Positions 61,525 through 64,000 of a DNA stretch of 64,000 bases are shown here, in pieces. The notes under the pieces are model-generated. The model worked only from the letters and a program-made list of their open reading frames with translations, was not told where the DNA came from and searched no databases. Positions within the stretch are counted from its first letter, which is position 1, and each line of letters begins with the position of its first letter. Origin of the DNA: Mustelus asterias (taxonomy: Eukaryota); contig NC_135822.1 of NCBI RefSeq assembly GCF_964213995.1, positions 60,202,001 to 60,266,000 on the forward strand, given 5' to 3'. Position numbers and translations under genes: made by a program.

Positions 61525-61802
61525 TGGCACGGTGGCGCAGTGGTTAGCACTGCTGCCTCTCAATTCCTGGCTTGGGTCACTGTCTCTGTGGGGTCTGCAC
61601 TTTCTCCCCGTGCCTGCATGGGTTTCCTCCGGGTGCTCTGGTTTCCTTCCACAGTCCAAAGATGTGCAGGTTAGGTTTGTTTGGCCATGCTAAATTGCCC
61701 CATAGTGTCAGGGGGATAAGCAGGGTAAATGAGGGTTATGGGAATAGGGCCTGGGTGGGATTGTGGTTGCTGCAGACTTGATGTACTGTAGGGATTCTAT
61801 GA
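61525..61802 (+). mobile_element. HE1 SINE
   Basis: Head, V-domain and tail, with small deletions. Confidence 0.85.
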
Positions 61803-62296
61803 TAAATGGTGTTGTGGCTGGTCGGCTGTGGAAGAGAATAATTTACTGTTAATTCTGTTTAGCGCCTTTCAAAAAAGTGGGCCCAACAACTTCAAAGAGG
61901 TTGAAAGCCACGATTTAATTATATTTGTATATTGGCTTGAGGCACTTCGCGAATGTTAGCAACAAAACATTTTTTTGAAACTAAGCCACGGGAGGAGTTA
62001 TTGGGGCAGATGATCGAAAGCATGGTCCAAGAGGGAGACTTTAATCATCATCTTAAGTGGAGGAAGAGGTAGAGAAGCCCAGGGAGGGAATTTCGGAGCT
62101 TGCAGCTCATTATTTTAACTCTAGGGTGTGAAATAAACCAACATAGGAGGAGCGTAGCGATCACTGGGACTTGTAGAAGTGAAAGAGGTCCCTGTGAAGG
62201 AGGGATGAGGATATCGAATAATTAAACTGAAGATGCAGGTTTTTTAATTTGAGGTGTTTTCAGATCGCATGGCAGTGTCAGTCAACATTAAAAGCT

Positions 62297-62590
62297 GGGC
62301 GGCACAGTGGTTAACACTGCTGCCTCACAGCGCCAGGGGACCCGGCTTCGATTCCCAGCTCGGGTCACTGTCTGTGCGGAGTCTGCACGTTCTCCCCGTG
62401 ACTGTGTGGGTTTCCTCCGGGTGCTCCGGTTTTCTCCCGCAGTCCAAAAGACGTGCTGGTTAGGTGCTAAATTCTCCCTCAGTGTAACCCGAACAGGCGC
62501 CGGAGTGTGGCAACTAGGGGATTTTCGCAGTAACTTCATTGCAGTGTTAATGTAAGCCTAACTTGTGACCCTAATAAACAAACTTTAAAC
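62297..62590 (+). mobile_element. type-B V-SINE
   Basis: Head, V-domain and type-B tail. Confidence 0.87.
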
Positions 62591-63004
62591 CTTGGCTTTC
62601 TGAAATTTGCTCATCGGCCCCTTGACTGAGAAAGTTATGCATATATATCCCATCCCCCACCCCACCCTGAGCGAAAAGGGTCGGGCAAGCCTGTTGTAAA
62701 TAGTTCAAGAAGGATTAGTTTGGCACGCTAACAGCCAGTGTGTTATTTTTGACTTTGCTAAGGGCCGTTTTAATGTGGGGTGGCAAAGCTGCGTGGATTG
62801 TTACGCTTCTACTCCAAGAGAGCTCGAGTGGGAGGTCTGTCCGTCTGTCTTGCTGTTAATCCTTCATGTTCCAACTTGGGAAACATGCAGTTGTGAGAGC
62901 CCGGGCAGAGACCAGTTCTCCTGTCTCTGCCATATCCCTGGGTCATTACAGTACGTTTGAACCTGGAATCCTGCAAATAGACAGAATTGGATATCAAAGC
63001 AGGC

Positions 63005-63750
63005 ACTATTTGAGCAAGTTTGCCCGACTGATTCCTAGGATGGCAGGATTGTTCTATGAGGAGAGATTGAATCGACTAGACCTGTATGCACTCAAGTTTA
63101 GAACAATGAGAGGGGGCCCTCATTGCAACATTTTAATATTCATAAAATCCCTACAGTGCAGAAGGAGGCCATTCAGCCCATAGAATCTGGACCAACCACA
63201 ATCCCATCCAGGCCCTATCCCCACAGTCCCACGTATTTATCCTGCTAGTCTCCCTGACACTAAGGGGCAAATTTAGCATGACCAATCAACCTAACCCGCA
63301 CATCCTGTGGGAGGAAACTGGAGCACCCGGGGGAAACCCATGCAGACACAGGGAGAGCATGTAGACTCCACACAGACAGTGACCAGGCCGGGAATTGAAC
63401 CTGGGTCCCTGGTGCTGTCAGGAAGCAGTGCTAACCACTGTGCCACTGTGTCACCCCTCTCAGTTTTCACCAGGGTTGGATAGATGGGTTGCAAGATTGA
63501 TGTTTCCCCTGGCTGGGGGTTTCTAAATGAGGGGTCACAGTCTCAGGATATGAGGTAGGCCATTTAGGACTGGGATGAGGAGGAACATCTTCACTCAGAG
63601 GGTGGAATTATCCACCACAGAAAGCTGGAGGCCAAGGGACTGAATATATTTAAGAAGGATGTAGATTTCTAGACTCTAAGGGTGTTGAACGGTATGGGGA
63701 GAGAGCAGAAGTTTGGCATTGAGATGGAGGATCAGCCATGATCATACTGA
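63005..63750 (+). mobile_element. decayed CR1 LINE 3' part interrupted by an HE1 SINE
   Basis: FARLIPRMAGLFYEERLNRLDLY... resumes after ~63470. Confidence 0.65.
63140..63452 (-). mobile_element. HE1 SINE
   Basis: Minus-strand full copy inside a CR1 fragment. Confidence 0.85.
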
Positions 63751-63910
63751 ATGTGTTATCCCGCCCCTATTTTCTGTTTGAGTTGAAAACTACACATCCA
63801 ACTTTTCAGTGCTTTAAGAAATTTCACTTATATCATGTTTTCAGAATGTCGATGGGACAAATGGTTTATTTGGAACAGCAAGTACTTGGTAGAGGAAATT
63901 TCCACACCTT

Positions 63911-64000
63911 CACAGTGGTTAGCACTGCTGCCTCACAGCGCCAGGGACCCTGGCTCGATTCCCACCTCGGGTCACCGTCTGTGCGGAGTCTGCACTTTCT
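63911..64000 (+). mobile_element. HE1-type SINE head (cut by the window end)
   Basis: cacagtggttagcactgctgcctcacagcgccagggacc. Confidence 0.8.

Overview
Vertebrate genomic DNA, almost certainly from a shark or other elasmobranch, judged by the dense HE1-type V-SINEs and the HER1/CR1, Rex1-like and Penelope-type repeats. I reconstructed three spliced genes by hand. (1) MOB1A, minus strand, exons 1-3; the gene continues past the left edge. (2) A complete hnRNP H/F-family gene on the plus strand: 11 coding exons, 14332-26776, 461 aa, three qRRMs. It shares a CCAAT-rich bidirectional CpG-island promoter with MOB1A. (3) MTHFD2, plus strand, exons 1-7; the last exon lies past the right edge. Nearly all other ORFs in the track are repeat fragments or noise. 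Main leads: the hnRNP H-like gene lies between MOB1A and MTHFD2, where humans have no such gene, and may be a fourth 2R ohnolog with an HNRNPH3-like body plus qRRM1. Its introns around the 139-nt autoregulatory exon appear repeat-free and hold candidate poison exons and RNA structures. A ~190-bp Penelope-derived insertion with an intact minimal hammerhead ribozyme, 31-bp inverted repeats and a 12-bp target-site duplication sits ~500 bp upstream of MTHFD2. A 91-bp CCAAT/GC-box tandem array occupies the bidirectional promoter. Repeat boundaries are approximate, RNA folds were done by hand, and comparisons with human genes are from memory.
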